From Candidatus Delongbacteria bacterium (GTDB lineage: Bacteria > CAIWAD01), in NCBI GenBank assembly GCA_963663545.1, contig OY760505.1:3360001-3424000 (forward strand): a stretch of 64,000 nt of DNA, in the 5' to 3' direction. Every line of letters begins with the position of its first letter. Within the stretch, counting starts at the first letter, position 1. Below are positions 1 through 9,472 of this stretch, in pieces. The notes under the pieces were generated by a model, which was not told the origin of the DNA, did not search any database, and was given only the letters and a program-made list of their open reading frames with translations. A program made the position numbers and the translations under genes.

Positions 1-1199
1 CAGCTCACCTTGTGCAGGCGGATCTCCTCGTGGAAGCCCGTGACAGGAGCCGCGTTCAATGCCTCCACCACCGTCGGCTGCTCGTCAAAGAGCTCCAGCA
101 GCCGATCGCCAGCACCGGTGCCACGCTGTAGATCGTTCCAGCTGCGTGCTACAACCTTGAGGGGATGCAACATCGAAAGCAGCGCGCCGAGGAAGGTGAG
201 AAAAGCCGGACCGCTCAGATTGCCTGCGCCCGCCAGCACGCGGCTGCCGCCGTACCAGAGCATGAAGACCGCCACCAGCATGGAAGCCCACTCGCCGAAG
301 GGCGTGGACAGCGCGCTGACGTACTCCAGTTTGCGCACGCGGCGGAAGTAGCTGTGGGTGGCTTCGGAGAAACGGGCCTGCTCGCGGTCGTGGGCGTGAA
401 AGACGTGCACCACGCGAATGCCCTGCAGGTTTTCCGATAGGCGCTCGGAGACGCGGCTGATGTGCTCTTGAGCGCGACGGCTGTACTTGCGCAAGCGCTG
501 GCCGATATACTGCAGCGCGCCCACGGCGGGAGCCAGCACGAAGATGGAGATCAGCGTCATGCGCCAGTCGATGAGCAGGGCCAGCGAAAGGTAGACGAGG
601 CTTTGCAGCAGGTTGGACAGCAGATCCACCACCTTGGTGATGGTCAGGCTGCGCACCACCATCACATCATTGATCACTCGGCTGATCAGCTCGCCCAGTT
701 TGTAGCGCTGGTAGAAGTCCAGCGACAGGGTCTGCAGGTGACGAAACAAGTCGTCGCGCAGTTCGCGGATCAGGGTTTGCTCCACATGTACGAAGCACAT
801 GCGGTAGAGGTACTGAGTGAGGATCTTGACGGTGATCAGCACCAGCGCCAGTTGACAGAGCATCAGCAGTACGGTGTGGGGCGCATAGCGGGTAAAGAAA
901 TCCGCCAGCTCGGTCTTTAGCAGCGTTTGCTGCGCGGCGAGCTGCCCCGCGTCCAGCACCAGAATGCGCAGCGTGTGTAGCGCCTGGCCCGCGAGCTGCC
1001 AGACACCGTGCCAGATATCGGTACGTGTGCCCAAGGCCTCGGCGGGATTGTCGCCGAAAACGCCCTTGAAGAAAGGATAGATCAAGCCGATGTTGGCGCC
1101 CGCCAGCAGGCTGCTGAGCAGCATGAAGACGAGCCCGGCGCCAATCTGTGTCCGGACGCCGCGGACGTACTTGAGGAAGTGTCGTGTTAATCGGAACAT
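1..1199 (-). CDS. ABC transporter permease/ATP-binding protein (MsbA-like), partial; runs off the left window edge
   Basis: Manual minus-strand translation from ATG 1199 (MFRLTRHFLKYVRGVRTQIGAGLVFMLLSSLL...) gives hydrophobic TM segments and ends ...FDEQPTVVEALNAAPVTGFHEEIRLHKVS, a typical TMD-NBD linker. Not in the ORF track because there is no stop in the window. Confidence 0.8.
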   Translation of the reverse strand, partial: MFRLTRHFLKYVRGVRTQIGAGLVFMLLSSLLAGANIGLIYPFFKGVFGDNPAEALGTRTDIWHGVWQLAGQALHTLRILVLDAGQLAAQQTLLKTELADFFTRYAPHTVLLMLCQLALVLITVKILTQYLYRMCFVHVEQTLIRELRDDLFRHLQTLSLDFYQRYKLGELISRVINDVMVVRSLTITKVVDLLSNLLQSLVYLSLALLIDWRMTLISIFVLAPAVGALQYIGQRLRKYSRRAQEHISRVSERLSENLQGIRVVHVFHAHDREQARFSEATHSYFRRVRKLEYVSALSTPFGEWASMLVAVFMLWYGGSRVLAGAGNLSGPAFLTFLGALLSMLHPLKVVARSWNDLQRGTGAGDRLLELFDEQPTVVEALNAAPVTGFHEEIRLHKVS

Positions 1200-1742
1200 G
1201 GCGCTAAAGATAGGGAGTCGGGGCGACTTTTTTTGCCTACGCGGCGGGCGTCCCCGCGGGGCTTTTTGCCGAAGTAGCCCCTCGTATTACAGATGTCGGA
1301 TTAGTGCCGACGGGGTCGAAGCTTCGAGCTCGACGGAGCGGTCGAGTCGGCAGTGTCTAGCCGAAGGCGAGACACACTTTGGCAGCTCGAGACCGATTCT
1401 GTCTAATGCCGCTGACGAGAAGTGAGCTCCAACGTACTTTGCGTCATCTGCTAGCCATTATCCATCGAAGTAACGATAACGAAAATTATTATATCGATAC
1501 AGGTTTGAAAATGCACGATAGTGGTGGATTGTGAACAGGAGGGGTCTGACACGTGTCAGAGTAGTGTCTGACCCCCGTCTGGCACCTCGAGAGCCATTCC
1601 GTCCACACCAGCTGACACTGAGCCACTTCCGACGCGCACCACATTTCGGAAATCCAATCTGTAAATCGATGTGGCGGGGCGATTAGATCCAATGAAAGAG
1701 CGGGCTTTCGTCCGCTCCCTGGAATCTCGAAAGAGAAGAACT

Positions 1743-1778
1743 CGATACCGATAGCGATAGCGATACCGATACCGATTG
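1743..1778 (+). repeat. CGATA(C/G) hexamer tandem array
   Basis: cgatac cgatag cgatag cgatac cgatac cgattg; related inverted copy at 40067-40104. Confidence 0.85.
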
Positions 1779-1803
1779 GGAAAGCCCAATACCGGGGCCC
1801 CGC

Positions 1804-4140
1804 TCACTTCAGCAGCAGAACCTTGCTTTGCGCTGCAAGCGACCCCGCCTCCAGGCGCACCAGATACACACCACTCGCCAGCGCAGCGCCATCAAGAAGG
1901 GTCTGGTGCTCACCCGCGACCAAGTCCTCGTTCAGTAGCACGACCACTTCGCGACCCAGCAGATCGTAGACGCTCAGGTGTACGCGCTGGGCATTGGGCA
2001 GAGTGAAACTCAGCATGGTGGAAGGATTGAAGGGATTGGGTGCCGCACTCAGGCTCAAGCGCTCAGGCAGATTGCTGGGCTCCTTCACGTCCACGGTGCC
2101 GCCGTTCCAGCTGAAGCGAATGTCGCGTACATGGAAACCGGCGTCCTCTTCGTTCTCGTCGGTCTTGACGCGGAAGCCGAAGTAGAGTGCGCCGCCGAAG
2201 TAGGCTTCGGGTACGGGAAGGCTGTAGTCGCGGATCGCCAACCCGCTCTGGCCCGTGTAGGCAGCGGCGGTCTCCCAGATTTCGCCATCGGCGCTGAACT
2301 CGACAAAGGCTGTGTCGTAGGGCGCTTCCATCTGCCAGACAGCGGTGAAGTTCAAACAGGCAGCGGTTGTGCTGCGTACGGGCAGCGAAAGCTGCACGGG
2401 TTCCGTGATACTCAGGCGGCAATTGGTATTGGGGTTAGACCAGAAGACCGGCGTGTCGGCAAAGTGATTGCCCAGGCTGTCATCCCAGGCGTTGCCCCAG
2501 TTGCAGTTCGTGCCCTGCTGGGTGAATTCGTCAAGAGTCGTGTACTCGTGATCGAATCCCAGCTCGTCGTTGTTCAGACGTGGCCAGGCGGTTTTGTGGA
2601 GTTGTGTATCACCAGCGAGACTGAAGTCGAAATGTTGGTCGATATAGTCCGCGAATCGCACCAGCGCGTGATACACGCCTTCCGGCAGACTCAGGCTGAG
2701 GTTGTTATCGCTGCTGAGGTACAACGTGGTGTCGGCGTCCACATTGTAGAGCTCCACGCGGTTCCAGTTCAGCGGCGTTTCCGAACCCGCCTCCAGTACA
2801 TTCAGGCTGAAGTTGTACTGTGGTAACTCGCTCAGAATCCAGTGACGATTGGTGGGCAGACTGGGACCTACGTTGACGGTCGTATCCAGCGGGGCATAGC
2901 CGAACTTACGCACGCGCACGGTGTAGGGCGCGGGCTGCAGCAGGCGGTGATGCATTCCCGTAGTTCCCCGCGTTTTGTAGTACGGCACGCAGTCGGCGTC
3001 CATCACCTGATCCAGCGCGATACGTGCGGCAAGTGGTTGATCGACCTCGTCCGTGATACGCGAGAAGAGCGCTGGGGCGGCGACCTCGTAGCCCACACAG
3101 CGCTTGAGCAGCCAGTAAAGGCCGTCCAGGTTCTCGTCGACGATGAAGTGAATGCGGTCCCAGTTCTGCGGCTGCATGCCCTCACTGGCGTGCCCGCCGA
3201 TTTCTGCCGTCATGGCCACGCAACCGAGTTGCGCGTACATCCACATGTTGTGTGCGCCTTTGCGACCGCTGCCCGCGTAGTTGCGGTAGAGACTGTGATC
3301 CAGCGTCTCGATCTGATCCGCCATGGTGCGTGTCAGCGCTTGCTGCATCGTGTAGTCGAGCGCGGGGCAGGTCTTGATGCCATCATCCGCAACGCCAAAA
3401 TCCCAGGCGTGAATCAGGATCTCGAAGTTGGTGCTGGTACGCGCGCTGTGATACTGCACTCCAGCGACGGGCTGGGTGGCCAGCAGCAGGTCGCGCATGG
3501 CGGCGGTTTCCGACTCGGAGAAGGGCGCCGGACCGCGGAAGTAGTCGAACTGCTCCACGTCGTCGTTGTCGGCCCACAGTGTATCCCCGTGATTCCACCA
3601 GAAGCCCCAGTTGCGGTTGAGGTCGACGCCGCAACTATCGTTGCCAACACCGGGGAAGATTTGACAGTGGCCGTCCGGTGCAAAGGAATGCAAGTTCTTG
3701 CGGAAGGTGACGTCTTCTTCTTCGAGCACCATCTCCAGGCCGTCCGGATTCCAGCAGGGGACGATCCAGATTTCCAGGCTGGTCAGAATGGGCATCCAGT
3801 CGGGGTGCTGAATACTACCGAAGTAGGTCAGCTCTTCAATGGCTTGCATGGCCACTTCCACGCCGAGAATCTCTTCGGAGTGAATATGTCCGCCCACGAA
3901 GACCGCCGGCTCACCCTCGTCCACCGTCGGATTGTCGGAAATGCGCACCGCCAGGAGCGGAGTGCCGTTGACGTGACTGTAGCCGAAGGTGGTGGTATGC
4001 ATCCACTCTGGATACAGGGTCTCCAGTGAATCCAACTCGTTGGTGATCTCGGTGTAGTTGCGGTAGTAGTCTTCCAGTGCGGCCTGGGCGCTTGCCACAA
4101 GTACTAGCAGGCAGATCAGCGGTAGGGTCTGGCGCAGCAT
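1804..4140 (-). CDS. Secreted M14 zinc carboxypeptidase with T9SS-type C-terminal domain
   Basis: Signal peptide MLRQTLPLICLLVLVASAQA; HSEE (HxxE), NPDG, RKN and GVDLNRNW motifs; C-terminus PNPFNPST...YDLLGREV...LASGVYLVRL...KVLLLK. Start placed at ATG 4140. Confidence 0.88.
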   Translation of the reverse strand: MLRQTLPLICLLVLVASAQAALEDYYRNYTEITNELDSLETLYPEWMHTTTFGYSHVNGTPLLAVRISDNPTVDEGEPAVFVGGHIHSEEILGVEVAMQAIEELTYFGSIQHPDWMPILTSLEIWIVPCWNPDGLEMVLEEEDVTFRKNLHSFAPDGHCQIFPGVGNDSCGVDLNRNWGFWWNHGDTLWADNDDVEQFDYFRGPAPFSESETAAMRDLLLATQPVAGVQYHSARTSTNFEILIHAWDFGVADDGIKTCPALDYTMQQALTRTMADQIETLDHSLYRNYAGSGRKGAHNMWMYAQLGCVAMTAEIGGHASEGMQPQNWDRIHFIVDENLDGLYWLLKRCVGYEVAAPALFSRITDEVDQPLAARIALDQVMDADCVPYYKTRGTTGMHHRLLQPAPYTVRVRKFGYAPLDTTVNVGPSLPTNRHWILSELPQYNFSLNVLEAGSETPLNWNRVELYNVDADTTLYLSSDNNLSLSLPEGVYHALVRFADYIDQHFDFSLAGDTQLHKTAWPRLNNDELGFDHEYTTLDEFTQQGTNCNWGNAWDDSLGNHFADTPVFWSNPNTNCRLSITEPVQLSLPVRSTTAACLNFTAVWQMEAPYDTAFVEFSADGEIWETAAAYTGQSGLAIRDYSLPVPEAYFGGALYFGFRVKTDENEEDAGFHVRDIRFSWNGGTVDVKEPSNLPERLSLSAAPNPFNPSTMLSFTLPNAQRVHLSVYDLLGREVVVLLNEDLVAGEHQTLLDGAALASGVYLVRLEAGSLAAQSKVLLLK

Positions 4141-4591
4141 CGGCTTCCTCGGTTTGCTGTTGTCGGTGACAGATTTCCGGAGATCCGGACCGGGGTTCAG
4201 GTCGGGACGACCGCACTCTTGCCTCGGTGAGCGCAATCGAGGTTCAAGTATAATGAAGCGGACTGGCCTCAACAAGGTGTGCCTTGCGCTATGCAACTTG
4301 GGCGCAATCACAACTGCCCGAAGGCGTGAACACATGACCGAAGTAGTATACCAGCTAACGCGACTTGCCTGCCAGCGGGCAAGGAGGAGGGGGACCCCGA
4401 CGACGGCAGAAGAGCTGCGCCGCGATAGCGATCCGGCTCGCGGAGTCGGCCGCGATCGTGATAGCAATTCCGATTGCGGAGAGAGGGAGCCACTGATTAA
4501 TGCGTTCAGAAACGTACGCCTCATGTGCAGGATCCGGCACAATATAATACCGGAAAAAACGCAAATTGCTGATAAATAAGAATTGAAGCTC

Positions 4592-4608
4592 TTGGCATGG
4601 ATTGTGCT
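4592..4608 (+). promoter_or_regulatory. Putative sigma54 (-24/-12) promoter
   Basis: TTGGCATGGATTGTGCT, GG-N10-GC spacing. Confidence 0.55.
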
Positions 4609-4618
4609 CCGTACGTTT

Positions 4619-4772
4619 TCGCAAAATCAAACGGTCCAAACACCCAATAGGCCCATCCACCCTCGGGCCGGGGATTTCGGTGCAACGCCGGAGTCAGTTT
4701 GGCCAAGTGAGTGTGTCGAGGTTTGGTTTTGATGCTAATTCCGAAAGCCGTCCTGGCAGGGACGGCTTTTTT
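4619..4772 (+). ncRNA. Candidate small RNA or attenuating leader
   Basis: Starts at the predicted sigma54 TSS; caaaatcaaac (4622-4632) pairs with gtttggttttg (4721-4731); followed by an intrinsic terminator. Confidence 0.35.
4744..4772 (+). terminator. Intrinsic terminator upstream of the TPR operon
   Basis: aaagccgtcc-tggcag-ggacggcttt followed by a T run. Confidence 0.7.
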
Positions 4773-4847
4773 ACTCTCCTTGCAGATAGCTTCTCCAGAT
4801 ATCCAATGGCATTTCCGATACACTCGCTAAGGTTATCAGGAGCCCGC

Positions 4848-5543
4848 ATGCCGGAAGAAGACCAGAATCAGCTTGAAGCAACACAAGCTTTAGCCATGCT
4901 GTTACGGGAGCTCGCTGTCGGCGAGAGGGCCACAGTGGGCGAAGCGGCGGCTGTTGAGGCCGTTATTGAAGCCTGGAACAAGCTCCCGACATCCCTTCGC
5001 CCGGCGGATCCCGAAGAGGCCGCTCTCTTGCGAGTGGGGATCAAACTGGCTGAGGAGCTGGAGGACACACACGCACTGCGCGATCTACACCGTCGCATGG
5101 GGCGATTGCTGTTGGCACGTGGGCAATGGCAAGCGGCAACTATGCATCTGGATCACGGAGTGACCTTGGTGCGTGCCTTTTACACCGAAGAGTGCAAGCG
5201 CATCTCCGCTCACACGGCGCAGCAGTTTGAGTCCGAATTGCACGAGGTCCGCGAAATCCGATTGGCCGGTCGGCATCGCGAATTGGCTCAGCTACATCGT
5301 CGCATCAGCGAAAATACATCGCGTCTGGAGCGGGCCGTTGCCGATGTTCGCGCGCTGAGTCGTTTGCTGCCCATCTGCAGTTCCTGTCATCGAATCCGCG
5401 ATGATCAGGGCTTCTGGAGTGAGGTGCACGAGTACATTCGCCAGCACAGCGAGGCCGACATTCAATTCGATCAATGTCCTAGCTGCAAGGCGAAGAGTGA
5501 CGCCATAGCAGGCGGCGACCTCGAGGAGGATGCGCATGAGTGA
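4848..5543 (+). CDS. Short TPR-like/coiled-coil protein with C-terminal CxxC...CPxC module
   Basis: ATG 4848 after RBS aggag; ends LLPICSSCHRIRDDQGFWSEVHEYIRQHSEADIQFDQCPSC. Confidence 0.8.
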   Translation: MPEEDQNQLEATQALAMLLRELAVGERATVGEAAAVEAVIEAWNKLPTSLRPADPEEAALLRVGIKLAEELEDTHALRDLHRRMGRLLLARGQWQAATMHLDHGVTLVRAFYTEECKRISAHTAQQFESELHEVREIRLAGRHRELAQLHRRISENTSRLERAVADVRALSRLLPICSSCHRIRDDQGFWSEVHEYIRQHSEADIQFDQCPSCKAKSDAIAGGDLEEDAHE

Positions 5544-6858
5544 GTTGCAGTCTCAGGCCGCCGATTGGCGCTCATCGCTTGAAGCAACACTATCCGAAGC
5601 CGAGGCCGTGTTGGAGAAGAACCCGGCGCAGGCGGAGGACTTGGCGCGCTATGCTTTGAATTTGCTGCCGGCAGAGGCTGATCCGCTGAGCTCAGCCAGA
5701 ACGGGGTGCGTACTGGGACGAGCCGTTCTTGCCTGTGGCCGGGTGCGAGAAGCCTTGAGCTACTTGCGGGGTGCAATGGAACACGCCCGACGCAGCGGTG
5801 AGCCCAAACATCTTGTGCATTGTATGCTGCAACTTGGCAGGGCCTGCAACCGGATCAGCTGGTTTGATGAGGCTGAACGCGTTTTACGTGACGCGCTCAC
5901 TCTGGCCATGACCGAGGATCTGCTGGACCAACACGCCGAACTCTGGGGAGAGCTTGCCACCACTGCCGAGTATCAGGACGATTTGGATGCCGTGTTACAC
6001 TGTCTGAATCAAGCCCTGGGCACTTGCCTTGAACAACGGGATCACGTGTGTTACACCCTGATGCTGCGCCGCGTATCTGTGCGCATAAAGCAGTCCGCGT
6101 TGGATCTGGCCCGTGCAGATCTTGAGCGCGCTGCCACGATTCTGGAGCGGCTGCGTGATACAAATGACGCACCTTCGCATCTGGCACGCTACGAGCTTCA
6201 TCGCGGGCAACTTCTGTTGGCGGCAAGACAATTCGATGAAGGACGTCGACATGCGCGTCAGGCCATCCAGAGCTTCCAGGAGGCTGGCGATGAGGTGGCC
6301 GTGTGCGACTCGCTGATTCTGCTTGGCAAGTTGGAAGCCGAAGCGGGTCACGCACCACTGGCCTTGCCGCATCTGAGAAAAGCGCTGGAATTGGCCGCAC
6401 GGCTGGGTTCACGGGAGCGTGAGCGCAGCATTCGTCTTAGTCTTGCAGATCTCATGCACGATCTGGGTCACTATCAGGATGCCTACGACTTGTACGAGCA
6501 AGTATTGGAGCTGGGGACAGGGATTTTTAGCGAGGAGAAGCAGCGACTGCGCGATGAAGTTGAGGCGCGTTTTGAGATTGAAGTACACCAGTTGAAACAC
6601 GCCGAACTGACGCAGCTACGTCATGAACTCGAGCAGAGCAATCGTGCTCTTGATGAACGAAGAACGAAGCTCAGTGCTGCGCTTGAAGAAGTTCAGCTCT
6701 TAAGTGGACTGGTGCCTATCTGCAGTTCCTGCCGCAAAGTGCGCGACGATAAAGGCTACTGGCTGCGTGTCGATCAACATCTTGCAACAAGCGCAGATGT
6801 GAACTTTCCCACCTGTTTGTGTCCGGATTGTGCACAGCGCGAAGAAGGCGATCGATGA
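5536..6858 (+). CDS. TPR protein with coiled coil and C-terminal CxxC...CPxC module
   Basis: Helical TPR-like repeats; ends LVPICSSCRKVRDDKGYW...CLCPDC; overlaps the previous stop. Confidence 0.85.
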   Translation: MSELQSQAADWRSSLEATLSEAEAVLEKNPAQAEDLARYALNLLPAEADPLSSARTGCVLGRAVLACGRVREALSYLRGAMEHARRSGEPKHLVHCMLQLGRACNRISWFDEAERVLRDALTLAMTEDLLDQHAELWGELATTAEYQDDLDAVLHCLNQALGTCLEQRDHVCYTLMLRRVSVRIKQSALDLARADLERAATILERLRDTNDAPSHLARYELHRGQLLLAARQFDEGRRHARQAIQSFQEAGDEVAVCDSLILLGKLEAEAGHAPLALPHLRKALELAARLGSRERERSIRLSLADLMHDLGHYQDAYDLYEQVLELGTGIFSEEKQRLRDEVEARFEIEVHQLKHAELTQLRHELEQSNRALDERRTKLSAALEEVQLLSGLVPICSSCRKVRDDKGYWLRVDQHLATSADVNFPTCLCPDCAQREEGDR

Positions 6859-8219
6859 GTTCCACGGAACAAGAGAAGGCGCTTCTGTTACAGGAGCAGC
6901 TTACGACGGCCGAAGGCGCGACCCGCGTCGATCTTTTGATTGAGCTTGCACATGCTTCGTGGTACATCGATCCTCGCCAGACGGAAAGTGCAGCCCTGGA
7001 GGCGCACCATCTGGCAGTAGAACTGGGCTTGCAGCGGAAATCGGCGGAGGCACTGAATCACCTTGGTATCGCCATGTACATGCTGCAGCAGTACGATGAC
7101 GGCGAGGATTACCTGAATCAGGCCATAGCCGAGGCGCGAGAAGCGAAGTACAATCGAGTCGTCATCAACGCCTATTCCAACCTGGGAGCCATTTACAGCG
7201 TTCGTGGCCAGTACAGCGAGGCTTTGACGGTCATGTATCACGCACTGACATGGATCGAGGAGCACCCGGAGGAGGGCGTTGATCCCTGGCCCATGCTCAA
7301 CAACATTGCTTGCACCAATAATCACATCGGTGATCAGGACAACAGCCTGGCGTATCACAGACGCGCATTGACACTGGCTCGTGAGCACGCCGATGATGCA
7401 CAGATCGGTACAACGCTGACCAACCTTGGCATGATGCACAGGCGGCGCGGACAAATGGATACTGCGCTTCGCATGTATCACGAAACCCTGGCACTCGCAC
7501 AGAAGGCGCAAGCTGGACGACGGATTGCACGTGCGTTTTCAGAATTGGGTGAAACACTGCTGCAGACGGGCAAACCGGCTGAGGCCATGCCATACTTGCT
7601 TGAGGCTGAGAAGCTGAACCGAAAACTGGAGAACTACCGTGGCTTGCAGGCGGTTTGGGCCAGTCTGGCACACGCGTTGACTAGCCTGAAGCGATACGAG
7701 GAAGCCAAAGAGTTGCACGCTCTTGCTGCACGTCTAGCCAGGCGTGTGGGCCTTGTCATGAACGAGTTCTACAACAAGCGGGATCTGGCGAAGCTGCTGG
7801 ACAGAGAGGGCGAATGCGAGCGGGCTGCAAAACTGATGGACGAGTCGCTGCGCCTGGTGGAGGAACGTGAGACAGGCAAGAGTGCGGCCTACACGGGTGA
7901 GCTCAACGCGCGGTATCTGGGAGAATTGCAGCGCCTGCGCACGGTCCACATGGAACGCGCCAACAATGAGCTGGAATCAGCCAACGACCTGCTGAAACGA
8001 CGTCAACGTGAGTTGGCAGATACGCTGAGCCGTGCTCGCGAGATGCGCAAACTGATCCGGATTTGCCCCACTTGTTTGAAAGTCCGTGAAGACGAGGGCT
8101 ACTGGAGTCGCATCGAAGTCTACATCAGCGAGCATAGCAGAACTGAATTCAGTCACAGCCTGTGTCCGCAGTGCATGAAAGCTCTTTATCCTGATTTGGA
8201 TCTCGAGGGTGAATCGTGA
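6855..8219 (+). CDS. TPR protein with coiled coil and C-terminal CxxC...CPxC module
   Basis: ALNHLG, AYSNLG, MLNNIA and TLTNLG TPR motifs; ends ICPTCLKVREDEGYWSRIEVYISEHSRTEFSHSLCPQC; ATGA overlap. Confidence 0.88.
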   Translation: MSSTEQEKALLLQEQLTTAEGATRVDLLIELAHASWYIDPRQTESAALEAHHLAVELGLQRKSAEALNHLGIAMYMLQQYDDGEDYLNQAIAEAREAKYNRVVINAYSNLGAIYSVRGQYSEALTVMYHALTWIEEHPEEGVDPWPMLNNIACTNNHIGDQDNSLAYHRRALTLAREHADDAQIGTTLTNLGMMHRRRGQMDTALRMYHETLALAQKAQAGRRIARAFSELGETLLQTGKPAEAMPYLLEAEKLNRKLENYRGLQAVWASLAHALTSLKRYEEAKELHALAARLARRVGLVMNEFYNKRDLAKLLDREGECERAAKLMDESLRLVEERETGKSAAYTGELNARYLGELQRLRTVHMERANNELESANDLLKRRQRELADTLSRAREMRKLIRICPTCLKVREDEGYWSRIEVYISEHSRTEFSHSLCPQCMKALYPDLDLEGES

Positions 8220-9472
8220 TACAAACGCTGCATCACCAGTATCCATATGAAGAGCACTCGCTGGCTGCATGTAGCCCGATGGAGCTGATTCGGCAGGCTG
8301 AGTTGTGCCTGCGAGATGATCCTGAACTCGCGCACAATCTGCTTCAAAAGGCCGAGAAACTCGCTGCAACTGAGCGCGATCCTGTAGCACAGTTCCTGAT
8401 TGTTCTGTTCGAGGCGCAGTTGAGTCACCTCGCAGGTGATACAAGCAACTGTGAGCTGCTGCTTGGTAGTTGCCTGCGCCAGTTGCAATCCCTTGCGACT
8501 GAGAAGCGTCTTGAGTACGGCCTTCAATTGCTGAAAAGCATTGAGACAACGAGCCATTTCCACTTCTCCTTTGCCGTGCTACGAATGCTGGAACCCATAG
8601 CAATGGAAGCCGGTGACTGGGAGGCGCGTGCACGGCTATACTTGTTTCGCATACGTGCGCTCATGGAAAGCGACGATCCAGCTGGTGCACGTGTGACAAG
8701 CCTGGAAGCTTTGCGGCGCTTGCCGCGGTGCTACCTCAGCCAACGGCTCGATATGGCCAGTGCCCTTGCGCTGACCGAGACCTATTTGAAGCGGCCAGAG
8801 CACGTGCTACCCGTTATCCGATGGATGCTTCGTCTCGTGCGCCGCGTTGGCGCGAAGCAATGCTCGGGTTCACTGCTTTCCAATCTATCCGGCTACTACG
8901 CCAACCTGGGTGACTATGCGACAGCCTTAGAGCTGATCCATCTGGCGTTACCCCGATTGCGGAGTTCGGCTACCCCGAATGCACTGCGTGCGGGGCTACA
9001 CAATCTGGCCGTGTTGCACATTCGTTTGGGCGAGCCCCTCCTCGCCGACGAAGTCTTTGACGAGGCTATCGGTCTGGCGATTGAACATCAACTCTACGAA
9101 GCGGTGCGACAAAGCACTCGACTGCGCGCTCGTAGCGCTTACGAGAACGGGGATTTTTCTTCTGCCTGCAAATGGATCCGACTTTGTCGAGAGTACCAGG
9201 ATCGTGAGATCCGTCGTGAACAGGCGAGTCTGTCGCGTTTCATGCAAGCGCGTCACCAATCGAGGCTAGAAGAACTGGTGACGGATCAACGTCCCCAGGA
9301 GCTGAGCCTGTACATGACACGGCGACGGTTAAACAATTGCGAGAAGGATCTCCGTTTTGTCCTGTGCCGCCTGGAAGCACTGCGTATCAAGCACGGTTGC
9401 TGTCCAGCATGTGGCAGCCCGAAGACAAGGGATGATGTGATACAGCCCTCTTTGCGGAGAGTCCGGATATGA
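8216..9472 (+). CDS. TPR protein with degenerate C-terminal Cys module
   Basis: LLSNLS and GLHNLA motifs; tail GCCPACGSPKTRDD; GTGA overlap. Confidence 0.75.
   Translation: MIQTLHHQYPYEEHSLAACSPMELIRQAELCLRDDPELAHNLLQKAEKLAATERDPVAQFLIVLFEAQLSHLAGDTSNCELLLGSCLRQLQSLATEKRLEYGLQLLKSIETTSHFHFSFAVLRMLEPIAMEAGDWEARARLYLFRIRALMESDDPAGARVTSLEALRRLPRCYLSQRLDMASALALTETYLKRPEHVLPVIRWMLRLVRRVGAKQCSGSLLSNLSGYYANLGDYATALELIHLALPRLRSSATPNALRAGLHNLAVLHIRLGEPLLADEVFDEAIGLAIEHQLYEAVRQSTRLRARSAYENGDFSSACKWIRLCREYQDREIRREQASLSRFMQARHQSRLEELVTDQRPQELSLYMTRRRLNNCEKDLRFVLCRLEALRIKHGCCPACGSPKTRDDVIQPSLRRVRI

Noticed and set aside
10..1190. Plus-strand ORFs (10-351, 165-440, 462-920, 1008-1190)
   Set aside because: Antisense shadows of the minus-strand ABC transporter gene.
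1743..1778. Possible CRISPR or coding repeat (YRYRYR)
   Set aside because: Hexamer microsatellite without spacers; no cas genes in the window.
4141..4542. 134-aa N-terminal extension of the carboxypeptidase ORF
   Set aside because: The signal peptide and RBS fit ATG 4140; the extension runs through degenerate repeat DNA.
4670..4700. Cobalamin riboswitch-like fragment gggatttcggtgcaacgccg
   Set aside because: No recognisable B12 box or other conserved core; kept only as an unassigned structured RNA candidate.
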